32,000 nucleotides of DNA from an uncultured Candidatus Neoarthromitus sp. (GCA_937890765.1 CALADQ010000009.1:15339-47338); one strand, 5' to 3'; positions 17,159-26,202 are shown, counted from the stretch's first letter. Notes: generated by a model from the sequence alone, not told the origin. Program-made: numbers and translations.

Positions 17159-18892
17159 TTGAACAAACAAATTTATATTGAAAATATTAAAGCTTCAAGT
17201 AAACAAATATTATGCAATCTTGTTATTAAAAACATCACAGTCGTGGATGTTTTTCAAAATTCTACATTCGTATGCGACGTAGCAATTCATAATGGTTATA
17301 TCGTCGGTCTTGGAGAATATAAAGGACAAATCGAAATTGATGGAACTGGTAAATATATTTCTCCAGGATTAATTGATGCACATGCTCACATCGAATCATC
17401 TCTTTTAACTCCAAGAGAATATTATAAAACCGCTCTCCTCCATGGAATAACAACTGCCATAGTAGATCCTCATGAAATAGGAAATGTTTTAGGAGCAGAT
17501 GGAATAAATCTCATGATAGAAATGAGTAAAAATATACCGTTTGACTTTTATTTCATGCTTCCCTCTTGTGTTCCTTGCACAAATTTTGAAAATGCAGGAG
17601 CAATTTTAAAAAGCAAAGATTTAGAACCATTATACAATAATGAAAAAGTTTTAGGTCTCGCTGAAGTTATGGATTTTCCATCAATAATAAATTTGAATGA
17701 GGATATGATAGAAAAACTTTATTTTGCAAATGAAAATAATAAAGTTATCGATGGACACGGAGCTGGATTTAATATAGATAACATAAATACTTATGCAACT
17801 TGTTACATAAAAACCGATCATGAATGCAATAATTATCAAGAATTAGTTGAGCGAGTTAGACGTGGAATGTATGTACACATAAGGGAAGGCACTGTTTCTA
17901 AAAATTTAAACGATCTTGTGAAAGGCGTTTCAATTCACAATAGTAGGAAACTTTGTCTGTGTACAGATGATAAACACATTGACGATTTATTAAAATATGG
18001 ATCAATTGATAATTCTATAAGGCTTTGCATAAAAAATGGATTGAATGCAGAAATTTCTATTCAAATGGGAACTATAAATTCTGCTGAATGTTATGGTTTA
18101 AAAAATAAAGGAGCAATAGCTCCTGGTTTTATTGCAGATTTTTTAATTTTAGATTCTCTTCATGATTTTAAAATTTCAAGCGTTTATAAAAATGGAGTTT
18201 TAGTTGTTAAAAATAATATTTTAATAAATCAAGATAAAAATCATTTTGATTTCAATATTCCAACTTCAGTTAAAATTCCAAATTTAAATGAAGAACATTT
18301 CAAAATTGATTTAACAGGAAAATCTTTTTTAAACGTAATTGAAGTTATACCAAATAGTTTGAAAACAAATCATTTAAAATTTTCTATAGACGAACTCAAT
18401 TTGAAAGAAGAATTTGTTTCATGTCCCGAACACGACTTGATAAAAATTTCTGTCATTGAAAGACATAACAATACTGGAAATATTGGAATTGGAATTGTAA
18501 AAGGATTAAATCTTAAATCAGGTGCAATTGCAACGACAATAGCTCATGATTCTCATAATTTAATAGTTTGTGGGACAAACGATAACGACATGATTTTAGC
18601 TTGCAATAAAATAAAAGAAATTGATGGTGGAATTGCAATAGCTAATGATAATGAAATCAAATGCTTTTTAAAATTAGAAATAGCAGGACTCATTACAAAC
18701 AAACCACACGAAGAAGTTCTAAAGGATTTAAACAAACTTCATGAAGAAATTTCAAAAATATCTAACGATGTGAATTTTAATCAATTTTTAATGTTATCAT
18801 TCTTATCTTTACCTGTAATTCCAAATATTAAAATTACAGACAAAGGCCTATTTGACAGCACGCATTTTAAATTCATAGATGTTGCATTTTAA
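17159..18892 (+). CDS. ade: adenine deaminase
   Basis: 577 aa. It has the amidohydrolase metal motif ISPGLIDAHAHIESSLLTP, and its length and architecture are as in Bacillus AdeC. TTG start with GGTGGA SD 8 nt upstream. Confidence 0.92.
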   Translation: MNKQIYIENIKASSKQILCNLVIKNITVVDVFQNSTFVCDVAIHNGYIVGLGEYKGQIEIDGTGKYISPGLIDAHAHIESSLLTPREYYKTALLHGITTAIVDPHEIGNVLGADGINLMIEMSKNIPFDFYFMLPSCVPCTNFENAGAILKSKDLEPLYNNEKVLGLAEVMDFPSIINLNEDMIEKLYFANENNKVIDGHGAGFNIDNINTYATCYIKTDHECNNYQELVERVRRGMYVHIREGTVSKNLNDLVKGVSIHNSRKLCLCTDDKHIDDLLKYGSIDNSIRLCIKNGLNAEISIQMGTINSAECYGLKNKGAIAPGFIADFLILDSLHDFKISSVYKNGVLVVKNNILINQDKNHFDFNIPTSVKIPNLNEEHFKIDLTGKSFLNVIEVIPNSLKTNHLKFSIDELNLKEEFVSCPEHDLIKISVIERHNNTGNIGIGIVKGLNLKSGAIATTIAHDSHNLIVCGTNDNDMILACNKIKEIDGGIAIANDNEIKCFLKLEIAGLITNKPHEEVLKDLNKLHEEISKISNDVNFNQFLMLSFLSLPVIPNIKITDKGLFDSTHFKFIDVAF

Positions 18893-18900
18893 AAAATACA

Positions 18901-18930
18901 TTGATTTATAAATTGAAATCAATATATAAT
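18901..18930 (+). promoter_or_regulatory. candidate sigma-A promoter of the codBA leader
   Basis: TTGATT (18901-18906), an 18-nt spacer, then TATAAT (18925-18930). Confidence 0.45.
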
Positions 18931-18946
18931 GTTTTAAAGAAAACTA

Positions 18947-18984
18947 GTCCTTTAAATTTAGTCCAGAGAGGCTAACAAGGTCGA
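18947..18984 (+). promoter_or_regulatory. PyrR-binding anti-antiterminator stem-loop
   Basis: GUCCUUUAAAUUUAGUCCAGAGAGGCUAACAAGGUCGA contains the PyrR binding-loop consensus ARUCCAGAGAGGYU (18960-18973). It also has the flanking CCUUUAA...AAGG lower stem described for Bacillus pyr attenuators. Confidence 0.82.
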
Positions 18985-19027
18985 CCGTTATAAAAAAGTT
19001 TTTACACAATCTTTGCATATTAAAATC

Positions 19028-19058
19028 GACCTTCTTTAAATTTAAGAAGGTCTTTTTT
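19028..19058 (+). terminator. attenuator terminator of the codBA leader
   Basis: The stem is GACCUUCUU (19028-19036) with AAGAAGGUC (19044-19052), followed by UUUUUU. Its 5' arm region, UCGACCUU (19026-19033), can instead pair with AAGGUCGA (18977-18984) as an antiterminator. Confidence 0.82.
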
Positions 19059-19112
19059 GTTATAAATTTTAAGACTAGTTTTCATAATCAATAATTTTTA
19101 GGAGATTGATTT

Positions 19113-20360
19113 ATGAAAAAAATAATTCATTTAAACAACAACGATTACGAACTTTCTAACGTTTTTAGTAAAGACAAAAAAGGATTTTTCTCAATGCTAG
19201 TTATTATGCTTGGATTTACATTTTTCTCAGCAAGTATGATGACAGGTGGGACTCTTGGAACTGGTTTGGATTTCAAAAATTTTATCATTGCAGTTGCTGC
19301 AGGAAATTTAATTCTCGCAATATACACTGGCCTTCTTGCATACGTTGGTTCTTCTACAGGACTATCGATGCATTTGTTAACGAGATATTCATTTGGAGAA
19401 AAAGGTTCTTATTTAGCATCTTTTATAACAAGTATAACTCAGATTGGTTGGTTTGGAGTTGGAATTTCAATGTTTGCAATACCAATCGCAAATAGATTTA
19501 ATATAAATGTTTATGTTTTAGTTGGAATAACTGGGATTCTCATGACATCAACCGCATATTTCGGAATAAAATCCTTGACTATATTAAGTGCCATAGCAGT
19601 ACCTGCAATTGCAATATTAGGTAGCACTTCAATTTTTATAGCTACAAATTCTGTTGGTGGAATAAATGACTTGATGAATATAACTCCTGTTGATAAAATT
19701 TCTTTAATTAGTGCAATTTCATTATGCATAGGGTCATTCATAAGTGGTGGAACAGTTACACCAGACTTCGCGAGATTTTCAAAAAAGAAAATGTCTGCGG
19801 TATTAACAACAGTTATCGCATTTTTCATTGGGAATTCATTAATGTTTCTATTTGGAGCAATAGGAGCTATGGTTAAAGGAACTGCCGAAGTAGCAGATGT
19901 ATTATTTTCACAAGGGCTCGTAATACCTGCAATAATAGTTTTAGGTTTAAACATTTGGACTACAAACGACAATGCACTTTACACTTCTGGGCTTGGACTT
20001 TCAAACATAACAAAAATATCTAAAAAGAAACTTGTGTTAATAAGTGGTTTAATTGGAACTGTAGGAGCGATATGGCTCAACAATAATTTTATTGAATTTC
20101 TAACATTTTTAAACTCTATGCTTCCACCAATTGGAGGAATAATAATCGCAGATTTTTTCTTCGTAAACAAACGCAAATATGAAAAAATAGAAAATGTAAA
20201 ATTCAAATCCATAAATCCAATTGCCATAATTTCATTTTTAATTGGATTTTCCACAGCTCACTTAATAAAATTTGGGATAACAGCAATAAATGTTTTGATT
20301 ATTACAATTATTTCTTATGTTATTGGAATGAAATTATTTTATAAGAAAGGAACTCATTAA
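19113..20360 (+). CDS. codB: cytosine permease (NCS1 family)
   Basis: 415 aa. The blocks [36 protein letters not shown] and [19 protein letters not shown] closely match E. coli CodB as I recall it. Confidence 0.92.
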   Translation: MKKIIHLNNNDYELSNVFSKDKKGFFSMLVIMLGFTFFSASMMTGGTLGTGLDFKNFIIAVAAGNLILAIYTGLLAYVGSSTGLSMHLLTRYSFGEKGSYLASFITSITQIGWFGVGISMFAIPIANRFNINVYVLVGITGILMTSTAYFGIKSLTILSAIAVPAIAILGSTSIFIATNSVGGINDLMNITPVDKISLISAISLCIGSFISGGTVTPDFARFSKKKMSAVLTTVIAFFIGNSLMFLFGAIGAMVKGTAEVADVLFSQGLVIPAIIVLGLNIWTTNDNALYTSGLGLSNITKISKKKLVLISGLIGTVGAIWLNNNFIEFLTFLNSMLPPIGGIIIADFFFVNKRKYEKIENVKFKSINPIAIISFLIGFSTAHLIKFGITAINVLIITIISYVIGMKLFYKKGTH

Positions 20361-21625
20361 TGTTAATTAAAAATATTAAACTTTTAGACAGTGAAAAAAT
20401 TGTAAGTATAAGAATAGAAAATAAAATTATAACCGAAATTAATTCTGATTTATCTCCTTATGAAAATGAAGAAGTGATTGAAGGAAATAATCTTTTAGCA
20501 ATTCCTCCATTCATAGAACCGCACATTCATCTCGATACGACTTTAACAGCTGGAGAACCAAAATGGAACAAAAGCGGAACTCTTTTCGAAGGGATAAAGC
20601 GATGGAGTGAAAGAAAAGAATTTTTAACAAAGCACGATGTTAAATCACGAGCTATGAAAGTTGTAAAATGGCAAATTGCAAATGGCATTCAATTCATACG
20701 AACTCATGTGGATGTGACGGATAAAAATTTAGTTGCATTAGAAGCTATGCTCGAACTTAAAGATGATTTAAAAAATTTTGTTACTCTTCAAATAGTTGCG
20801 TTCCCTCAAGAAGGAATTTTATCTTTTAAAAATGGTAAAGAATTATTGGAGCAATCAATAAAATTAGGTGCTGATGTTGTTGGTGCAATTCCACATTTTG
20901 AATTTACAAGAGAGTACGGAGTTGAATCTATAAATTTTATTTTCGATTTAGCGACGAAGTACAATAAACTTATTGATGTTCATTGCGATGAAATTGATGA
21001 TGAACAATCTAGATTTTTAGAAGTAGTTGCAACTAGAGCTTTAGAAAGTGGATTAAAAAATAAAGTTACTGCTAGTCATACAACAGCGATGGGCTCTTAC
21101 AACAACGCTTACACTTTTAAATTATTTAGGCTTTTGAAATTATCAAAAATAAATTTTGTGTGCAACCCTTTAATAAACACTCATCTTCAAGGAAGGTTTG
21201 ACACATATCCAAAACGAAGAGGCTTAACTCGTGTTAAAGAATTAAATGAAAATAATATAAATGTTTGTTTTGGACACGATGACATATTAGACCCATGGTA
21301 TCCAATGGGAACAGGAAACATGATGGAAGTTTTGCATTTTGGACTTCACGTGTGTCAAATGATGGGATATGATGACATAAATGAATCAATTAAATTTATA
21401 ACTAAAAATAGCGCATTAACATTAAACATAGAAGATGATTATAAAATTGAAATTTCAAAACCTGGAAATCTAATTATACTTAACAGTGAAAATATTTTTG
21501 ATGCTGTGAGAAAAAAGTGTGACGTTATCTATTCAATTAGGGAAGGAAAAATAATTTCAAAAAACAATCCTAAACAATCTTACGTGAACTTAAATGGACT
21601 TGAGGAAATAAATTTTATGAAGTAA
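20360..21625 (+). CDS. codA: cytosine deaminase
   Basis: The block [38 protein letters not shown]...[17 protein letters not shown] closely matches E. coli CodA. The start overlaps the codB stop (TAATG), which suggests translational coupling. Confidence 0.95.
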   Translation: MLIKNIKLLDSEKIVSIRIENKIITEINSDLSPYENEEVIEGNNLLAIPPFIEPHIHLDTTLTAGEPKWNKSGTLFEGIKRWSERKEFLTKHDVKSRAMKVVKWQIANGIQFIRTHVDVTDKNLVALEAMLELKDDLKNFVTLQIVAFPQEGILSFKNGKELLEQSIKLGADVVGAIPHFEFTREYGVESINFIFDLATKYNKLIDVHCDEIDDEQSRFLEVVATRALESGLKNKVTASHTTAMGSYNNAYTFKLFRLLKLSKINFVCNPLINTHLQGRFDTYPKRRGLTRVKELNENNINVCFGHDDILDPWYPMGTGNMMEVLHFGLHVCQMMGYDDINESIKFITKNSALTLNIEDDYKIEISKPGNLIILNSENIFDAVRKKCDVIYSIREGKIISKNNPKQSYVNLNGLEEINFMK

Positions 21626-21664
21626 ATGGATTTTAATTTTATCCATTTGCTTTTTTGTTTTTTG
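21624..21664 (+). terminator. intrinsic terminator after codA
   Basis: The stem is aaatggat (21624-21631) with atccattt (21641-21648), followed by gcttttttgttttttg. Confidence 0.75.
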
Positions 21665-21719
21665 CAAAAAATAATTTTGAGTTATCCACACTCTTATGCA
21701 CCCTGTGTTGTTAAATTCA

Positions 21720-21748
21720 TTGTAAACATTAAACATTAATGCTATAAT
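21720..21748 (+). promoter_or_regulatory. candidate extended -10 promoter of the GT2-TPR gene
   Basis: TTGTAA (21720-21725), a 17-nt spacer, then TGcTATAAT (the -10 at 21743-21748). Confidence 0.55.
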
Positions 21749-21841
21749 TTTGTAGAATTAACAATAAACATATTAGTGATTTTAACAAAAATCTAAAATT
21801 AAAATTTATAATGTACGCAACTTGCTGAAAGGTGGTATAAG

Positions 21842-23245
21842 ATGTTAACCCTACGTTCGATAACAGAAAGTATAGATATTGATTATTTTAAATTTAATTT
21901 AAATTTTCATAAATACATTGAAGACAAATTGAAACAAGACAAGTTCAAAACAACAAAAGAATTTAAAAAGAATTTAAAAAGAAGAATACAACTTTTAAGT
22001 TGCATAAATGGTACATGCCCTGATTTGTTGAAATTCTTTATAAATGATGATTACACAAATTATCAAGAAGATTTTACTAACGAAGACCTTGTTGATTTAG
22101 TGAACAAATTTTCAGACGATGAACCAATAAAATTAAGTGTAAATCTAATAGTTTATAATGAAGAACGTTGCATAGAACGCTGTCTATCCTCCCTTCTAAC
22201 CTTCGCTGACGAAATTTTAGTTTTAGACACTGGGTCCACAGACAATACAACTAAAATAATCGAAGAAAAATTCCCACAAGTAAAACTTTTTCGTGATAAA
22301 TGGAGAAAAGATTTTGCATACTCGCGAAATATTTTAATAGATAAATCTACAAACGATTGGATTCTTTCAATTGACGCCGATGAAACGCCAATAGATGAAT
22401 TTCATCTCATAAAAGATGTTATTTCTCTATTCAACAATTTTAAAGCTGATAAAGATCACCCTCTTGTATTTTCACCTACTATAGATTCATTAGGTCAAAA
22501 AATAAATACAACAAAAAGAATTTTCAACAAAACACATGAAATGAAATTTGATGGGAAGATTCACGAAGAAATTGTATCTAAAAATGAAAAGGAAATCAAT
22601 TATATAATGCTATCACTAACTTTAAGTCATGACGGATATCATCCCGATGTATTTAAAGAGAAAAATAAGGCAGAGAGAAATACAGAAATCCTAGAAAAAA
22701 TGATAAAATTAGAGCCAAACAAAATAAGATGGTATTATTTTTTAGGACGCGAAAAAAATATTTTAGGACACGATATTGATGAATGTATAAAAATTTTAAA
22801 ATCTGGTTTGAAATTAAAACATACTCAAAATTCTATAGAAAATTTTTACTACAATATTTTAACTTTACTTGCAAAAATATCTGTATCTCATAAAAAATAT
22901 GATTTATTAAAAGAAGTTATCGAATTAATGGAATATGAAATTCCAAATTCCCTAGATGCATTTTATTTTAAATTAATATTGGAAAATGATTCAGTAATGA
23001 GTGATAAATTTCTACAAATAAATAATATGGTAAAATCTATTGGTGATATTTCAAATAAAGTAAATACAATTGATGAAACATATTCTCATATACTTCACAC
23101 TTTAGGTTTAATATATTTAAGTTTCAGAGATTATACAAGAGCATTTTACTATTTTAATCAAATTCAATCTCAAAAAAATATAGATGCCATCAAAGAGATT
23201 CTTTTACCACTTAAAAATGAAATAGATGAATTTATGAAAAAATAA
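21842..23245 (+). CDS. GT2 glycosyltransferase fused to a C-terminal TPR-like helical domain (SunS/GmaR-like architecture)
   Basis: The GT-A core is LSVNLIVYNEERCIERCL...ILVLDTGSTDNTTKIIEEKFPQVKLFRDKWRKDFAYSRN...SIDADE. It is followed by HDGYHPDV...ERNTEILEKMIKLEPNKIRWYYFLGRE and helical repeats. AGGTGG SD lies 6 nt before the ATG. Confidence 0.8.
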   Translation: MLTLRSITESIDIDYFKFNLNFHKYIEDKLKQDKFKTTKEFKKNLKRRIQLLSCINGTCPDLLKFFINDDYTNYQEDFTNEDLVDLVNKFSDDEPIKLSVNLIVYNEERCIERCLSSLLTFADEILVLDTGSTDNTTKIIEEKFPQVKLFRDKWRKDFAYSRNILIDKSTNDWILSIDADETPIDEFHLIKDVISLFNNFKADKDHPLVFSPTIDSLGQKINTTKRIFNKTHEMKFDGKIHEEIVSKNEKEINYIMLSLTLSHDGYHPDVFKEKNKAERNTEILEKMIKLEPNKIRWYYFLGREKNILGHDIDECIKILKSGLKLKHTQNSIENFYYNILTLLAKISVSHKKYDLLKEVIELMEYEIPNSLDAFYFKLILENDSVMSDKFLQINNMVKSIGDISNKVNTIDETYSHILHTLGLIYLSFRDYTRAFYYFNQIQSQKNIDAIKEILLPLKNEIDEFMKK

Positions 23246-23252
23246 AAAAATA

Positions 23253-23290
23253 AAAGATGAAGTTTGAAAGAACTTCATCTTTATTTTTAT
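23253..23290. terminator. bidirectional terminator between the convergent GT2-TPR and surface protein genes
   Basis: A perfect 12-bp stem, aaagatgaagtt (23253-23264) with aacttcatcttt (23271-23282). An A-run lies upstream and atttttat downstream. Confidence 0.8.
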
Positions 23291-23292
23291 AA

Positions 23293-26202
23293 TTATTCAA
23301 ATTTAATACCTAATTTTTTAGCCATGTCTTTAACTTCTGGCGTATCTAACATTCTTAAAACAACAGCTGATCTAGCCTGACTTTGAGTTTCCCCTGCTTT
23401 TATTCCTTTTTCAATTTCAGAAACCCAAAAAGCAACTCCTTCACTCTCTCCAGCTCTATCAACTATAGCATACATAGCCTCAACAAACTGAGTATTAGTT
23501 AAATTTTTCTCCAACATTTCTGGAGTAAATGAAACTTGTCCTAAAAATCCTTTTAAAGTTTCTTGTCCACTAACTAATCTTTGTGTCCAATACAACAAAC
23601 CTTCTTGTTCTGGCTCCCTGTTGAAAAATGCTCTATACACTCTAGCCACATATCCCGCAACTCCACCTTGAACTTGCGCATTATTTCCTTCAGAAGTTCT
23701 GAATGTTGGAACATCCAAAGTAGTACTCTTAGTTCCATACTTAAGAACTAACTTCATATCTTTATACTCAGTTCCAACTCTAAGTCCTGATAGCTCAATT
23801 ATATTTTTATCAACATTGTACTTAGCAACAACTCCACTAACTCCTGAACCTGATACTTCAACTACTATTCCTTCTTTATCAGGATTTTTAATATCAGCAG
23901 TTACATTAGCAGTTGTTGTTGTTACTCCAGAAACTTGTACTCCTGAAGTTCCAACTTGAACCTTAGTATCACCAGCTCTCCCAGTAGCATATCTAGTTAT
24001 ACCCTGTTGTGTTTTAATTCCACCTGCATTTATAGAACCAAAAGCACCTATTGAATCTGTTCTTATAGTATTAACCCTATATCCATCCTCCGATGTAGTA
24101 AAATCAAACCTAAAATCTCTAGTCCTATCAGCCTGAATTCCAGTAATAGTTATTTCAACCATTTCTGAAGCCGATTCAACATTTGAAGCGTTAAAGTTCA
24201 ATTTAGCCTCATTACCAACTAGATAATCGTAATCTATATTACCTGATTTATCTACACCATTAACTACTCTATAAGTTTTTTCCATTTTAACATTAGCATC
24301 ATCTATTTTTTCATAAGTACCATTATTATTTATATAAGCAGTAACTCCATTTAAAATCGAATCCGCATCTTTCACTCTTCCAACAAATCTCACTCCACCT
24401 GGAATTTGCTCATACTCTAACTTGGAATCAATCCACGCTTCAGCTCTATTTTCTTTATTAGTAGTTGTAAACCTATTTTCATTTGTTCTAGTATTTGGGA
24501 ACAACACATTAGAATAAGGAGCACTTGCATTTCTTCCTAAAGAAACCGGATTTCCATACCTCTCCCTTCCATTATCATTATAAACAGTTTCAAGGGACAA
24601 GAAATCATAATTTCTATTCTGTTCTAATCCAGTTATTTCGATAGCAAACCAACTAGATTTACTGTTTTTACCATCTTTAGACTTAACATTCTTAACTTCG
24701 TAAGTTTCCCCACCTCTTAATCCTCTAACTTCAATTCTCTCAAGGTTAGTTGTGTCATCAACTTTAACAATGTAAGTCAATCTATCAAGACCAACATTTA
24801 CTTGATATAAATTACTTTTATTAAGCAGTGTATTATATCCACCAATCTCTGAAGATCTATTCTCAGACGTTGCAACAACTAAATATTTTCCTGTAACCCC
24901 AGGTGTTCCTGTAGCCCTACTATCATCAAATCTAACTCTTTGAGTTCTCTCTCCATCACCTGATTTATAAGTTATATCCATGTATTCAAACTCATAAGTT
25001 GTCCTATTATTAAGACCATTTATCTTAATATCTTTGTACCTATTCCTATAATCTACATCTGAAGCAGAAAAATTTGACTTTGGCTCTCCAGGATATTTAC
25101 CAACTGAGAAGTTACCTACTTCAGCATTAAATACATCTCCTCTTCTGTCAGTAACAGTAACACCTGTTATAACTGAATCTGTATCCTTAACAACATCAAC
25201 CAAAGTAACTGATGAACCTGAAACATTAACAAACGTATGCTCATTTTGCTCTATTATATTATCACCATCATCAACAAATTGATTAGCTTGTTTTCCATCT
25301 ACGGATCTAATATAAGAGTATAAAGAATCAGTTAAAGTCCAAGTAGCAGTAGGTATAACAGCACTTCCTGTATTATAGTTTAAATCTGTCTGTAGTGAGT
25401 AAGTTGTAAATTCCTTTTTAATACTATCATAGCTTGTACCTAAATACAAATCGGTCCTAGAATCTAATTCTATATTAGTTACATTTATTCCAGTTGGAAG
25501 TCCTCTTAGAGTTAAGTAAACCAATCCATTCTCGTCAACCAAAGAATTTAAATTCTCAACTGAAGAAGCCTTTCTAGGAGATTCGAATCTAATATCTTTC
25601 GCTGAAACATTAGTAGTCCTTGTTTTTCCATCTTGCTCATAAGTCACTAACAACTCAAGCCCTTTATTCTTGTCCAATCCTAAAAATGCATCATTCAATT
25701 TTTTACCAAGTATATCTTGTCTAGCTGTAGAGATTGAATTTCCACCATTATGCTGGTTAGAATTAATCAGATTAACATTGTCTCTGTACTCACTAACAGC
25801 ATTACTTATTTCACTTCTTAGGTAGGATTCCAAATTTCCTGTAATCCTTAATCCTAATCTTATAAAACCACCTTGTCTATCGTCAGCTTCATAAGCTGTT
25901 TTATTTTGTCCAACAATAGTCTTTTTACCTAAAACACCAGTTTCCACTTTTTCAATTGATAGAACAGTTTCTTTAGTTTCAGATGCTGTTGAAGATAACT
26001 TATCATTAGAATTTATATCGTAAGCATCAACAACCTCTAAACCATTCAAAGACCAGTTATTTTCGAAGAACCCTTGATCTTTAGATATATCTACATTAGT
26101 AGTTACGCCCGCAGCATTCGCATGAGTAGCTGGAACAACCGTTACCGCCATAGCAATCAGAGCGACGCTTGCAACCAAATTTCTCAATTTTTTAGATTTC
26201 AT
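23293..26202 (-). CDS. large secreted cell-surface protein with tandem C-terminal DUF4214-type domains (S-layer-like candidate)
   Basis: AGGAGG SD. The signal peptide is MKSKKLRNLVASVALIAMAVTVVPATHANA/AG. The mature region is Thr/Ser/Gly/Val-rich and beta-type. The C-terminus has YVARVYRAFFNREPEQEGLLYWTQRLVSGQ... and FVEAMYAIVDRAGESEGVAFWVSEIEKG... (DUF4214 pattern). I see no LPXTG, SLH or CWB2 motifs. Confidence 0.85.
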   Translation of the reverse strand: MKSKKLRNLVASVALIAMAVTVVPATHANAAGVTTNVDISKDQGFFENNWSLNGLEVVDAYDINSNDKLSSTASETKETVLSIEKVETGVLGKKTIVGQNKTAYEADDRQGGFIRLGLRITGNLESYLRSEISNAVSEYRDNVNLINSNQHNGGNSISTARQDILGKKLNDAFLGLDKNKGLELLVTYEQDGKTRTTNVSAKDIRFESPRKASSVENLNSLVDENGLVYLTLRGLPTGINVTNIELDSRTDLYLGTSYDSIKKEFTTYSLQTDLNYNTGSAVIPTATWTLTDSLYSYIRSVDGKQANQFVDDGDNIIEQNEHTFVNVSGSSVTLVDVVKDTDSVITGVTVTDRRGDVFNAEVGNFSVGKYPGEPKSNFSASDVDYRNRYKDIKINGLNNRTTYEFEYMDITYKSGDGERTQRVRFDDSRATGTPGVTGKYLVVATSENRSSEIGGYNTLLNKSNLYQVNVGLDRLTYIVKVDDTTNLERIEVRGLRGGETYEVKNVKSKDGKNSKSSWFAIEITGLEQNRNYDFLSLETVYNDNGRERYGNPVSLGRNASAPYSNVLFPNTRTNENRFTTTNKENRAEAWIDSKLEYEQIPGGVRFVGRVKDADSILNGVTAYINNNGTYEKIDDANVKMEKTYRVVNGVDKSGNIDYDYLVGNEAKLNFNASNVESASEMVEITITGIQADRTRDFRFDFTTSEDGYRVNTIRTDSIGAFGSINAGGIKTQQGITRYATGRAGDTKVQVGTSGVQVSGVTTTTANVTADIKNPDKEGIVVEVSGSGVSGVVAKYNVDKNIIELSGLRVGTEYKDMKLVLKYGTKSTTLDVPTFRTSEGNNAQVQGGVAGYVARVYRAFFNREPEQEGLLYWTQRLVSGQETLKGFLGQVSFTPEMLEKNLTNTQFVEAMYAIVDRAGESEGVAFWVSEIEKGIKAGETQSQARSAVVLRMLDTPEVKDMAKKLGIKFE

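Noticed and set aside
19511-19972. 153-aa minus-strand ORF, plus 19145..19327 and 19979..20254
   Set aside because: All three are antisense to codB, which is assigned with high confidence. Long antisense frames are typical opposite hydrophobic membrane protein genes.
21682-21690. Perfect DnaA-box consensus TTATCCACA upstream of the GT2-TPR promoter
   Set aside because: There is a single isolated box, with no cluster, no AT-rich unwinding element pattern, and no dnaA or dnaN nearby. It is most likely chance or at most a minor regulatory site, not an origin.
21626-21841. Search for a small Cys-containing glycocin precursor ORF next to the SunS-like gene; 23246..23292 was also searched
   Set aside because: Only trivial reading frames (such as MHPVLLNSL) without an SD are present. 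The sequence therefore does not support a glycocin cluster interpretation.
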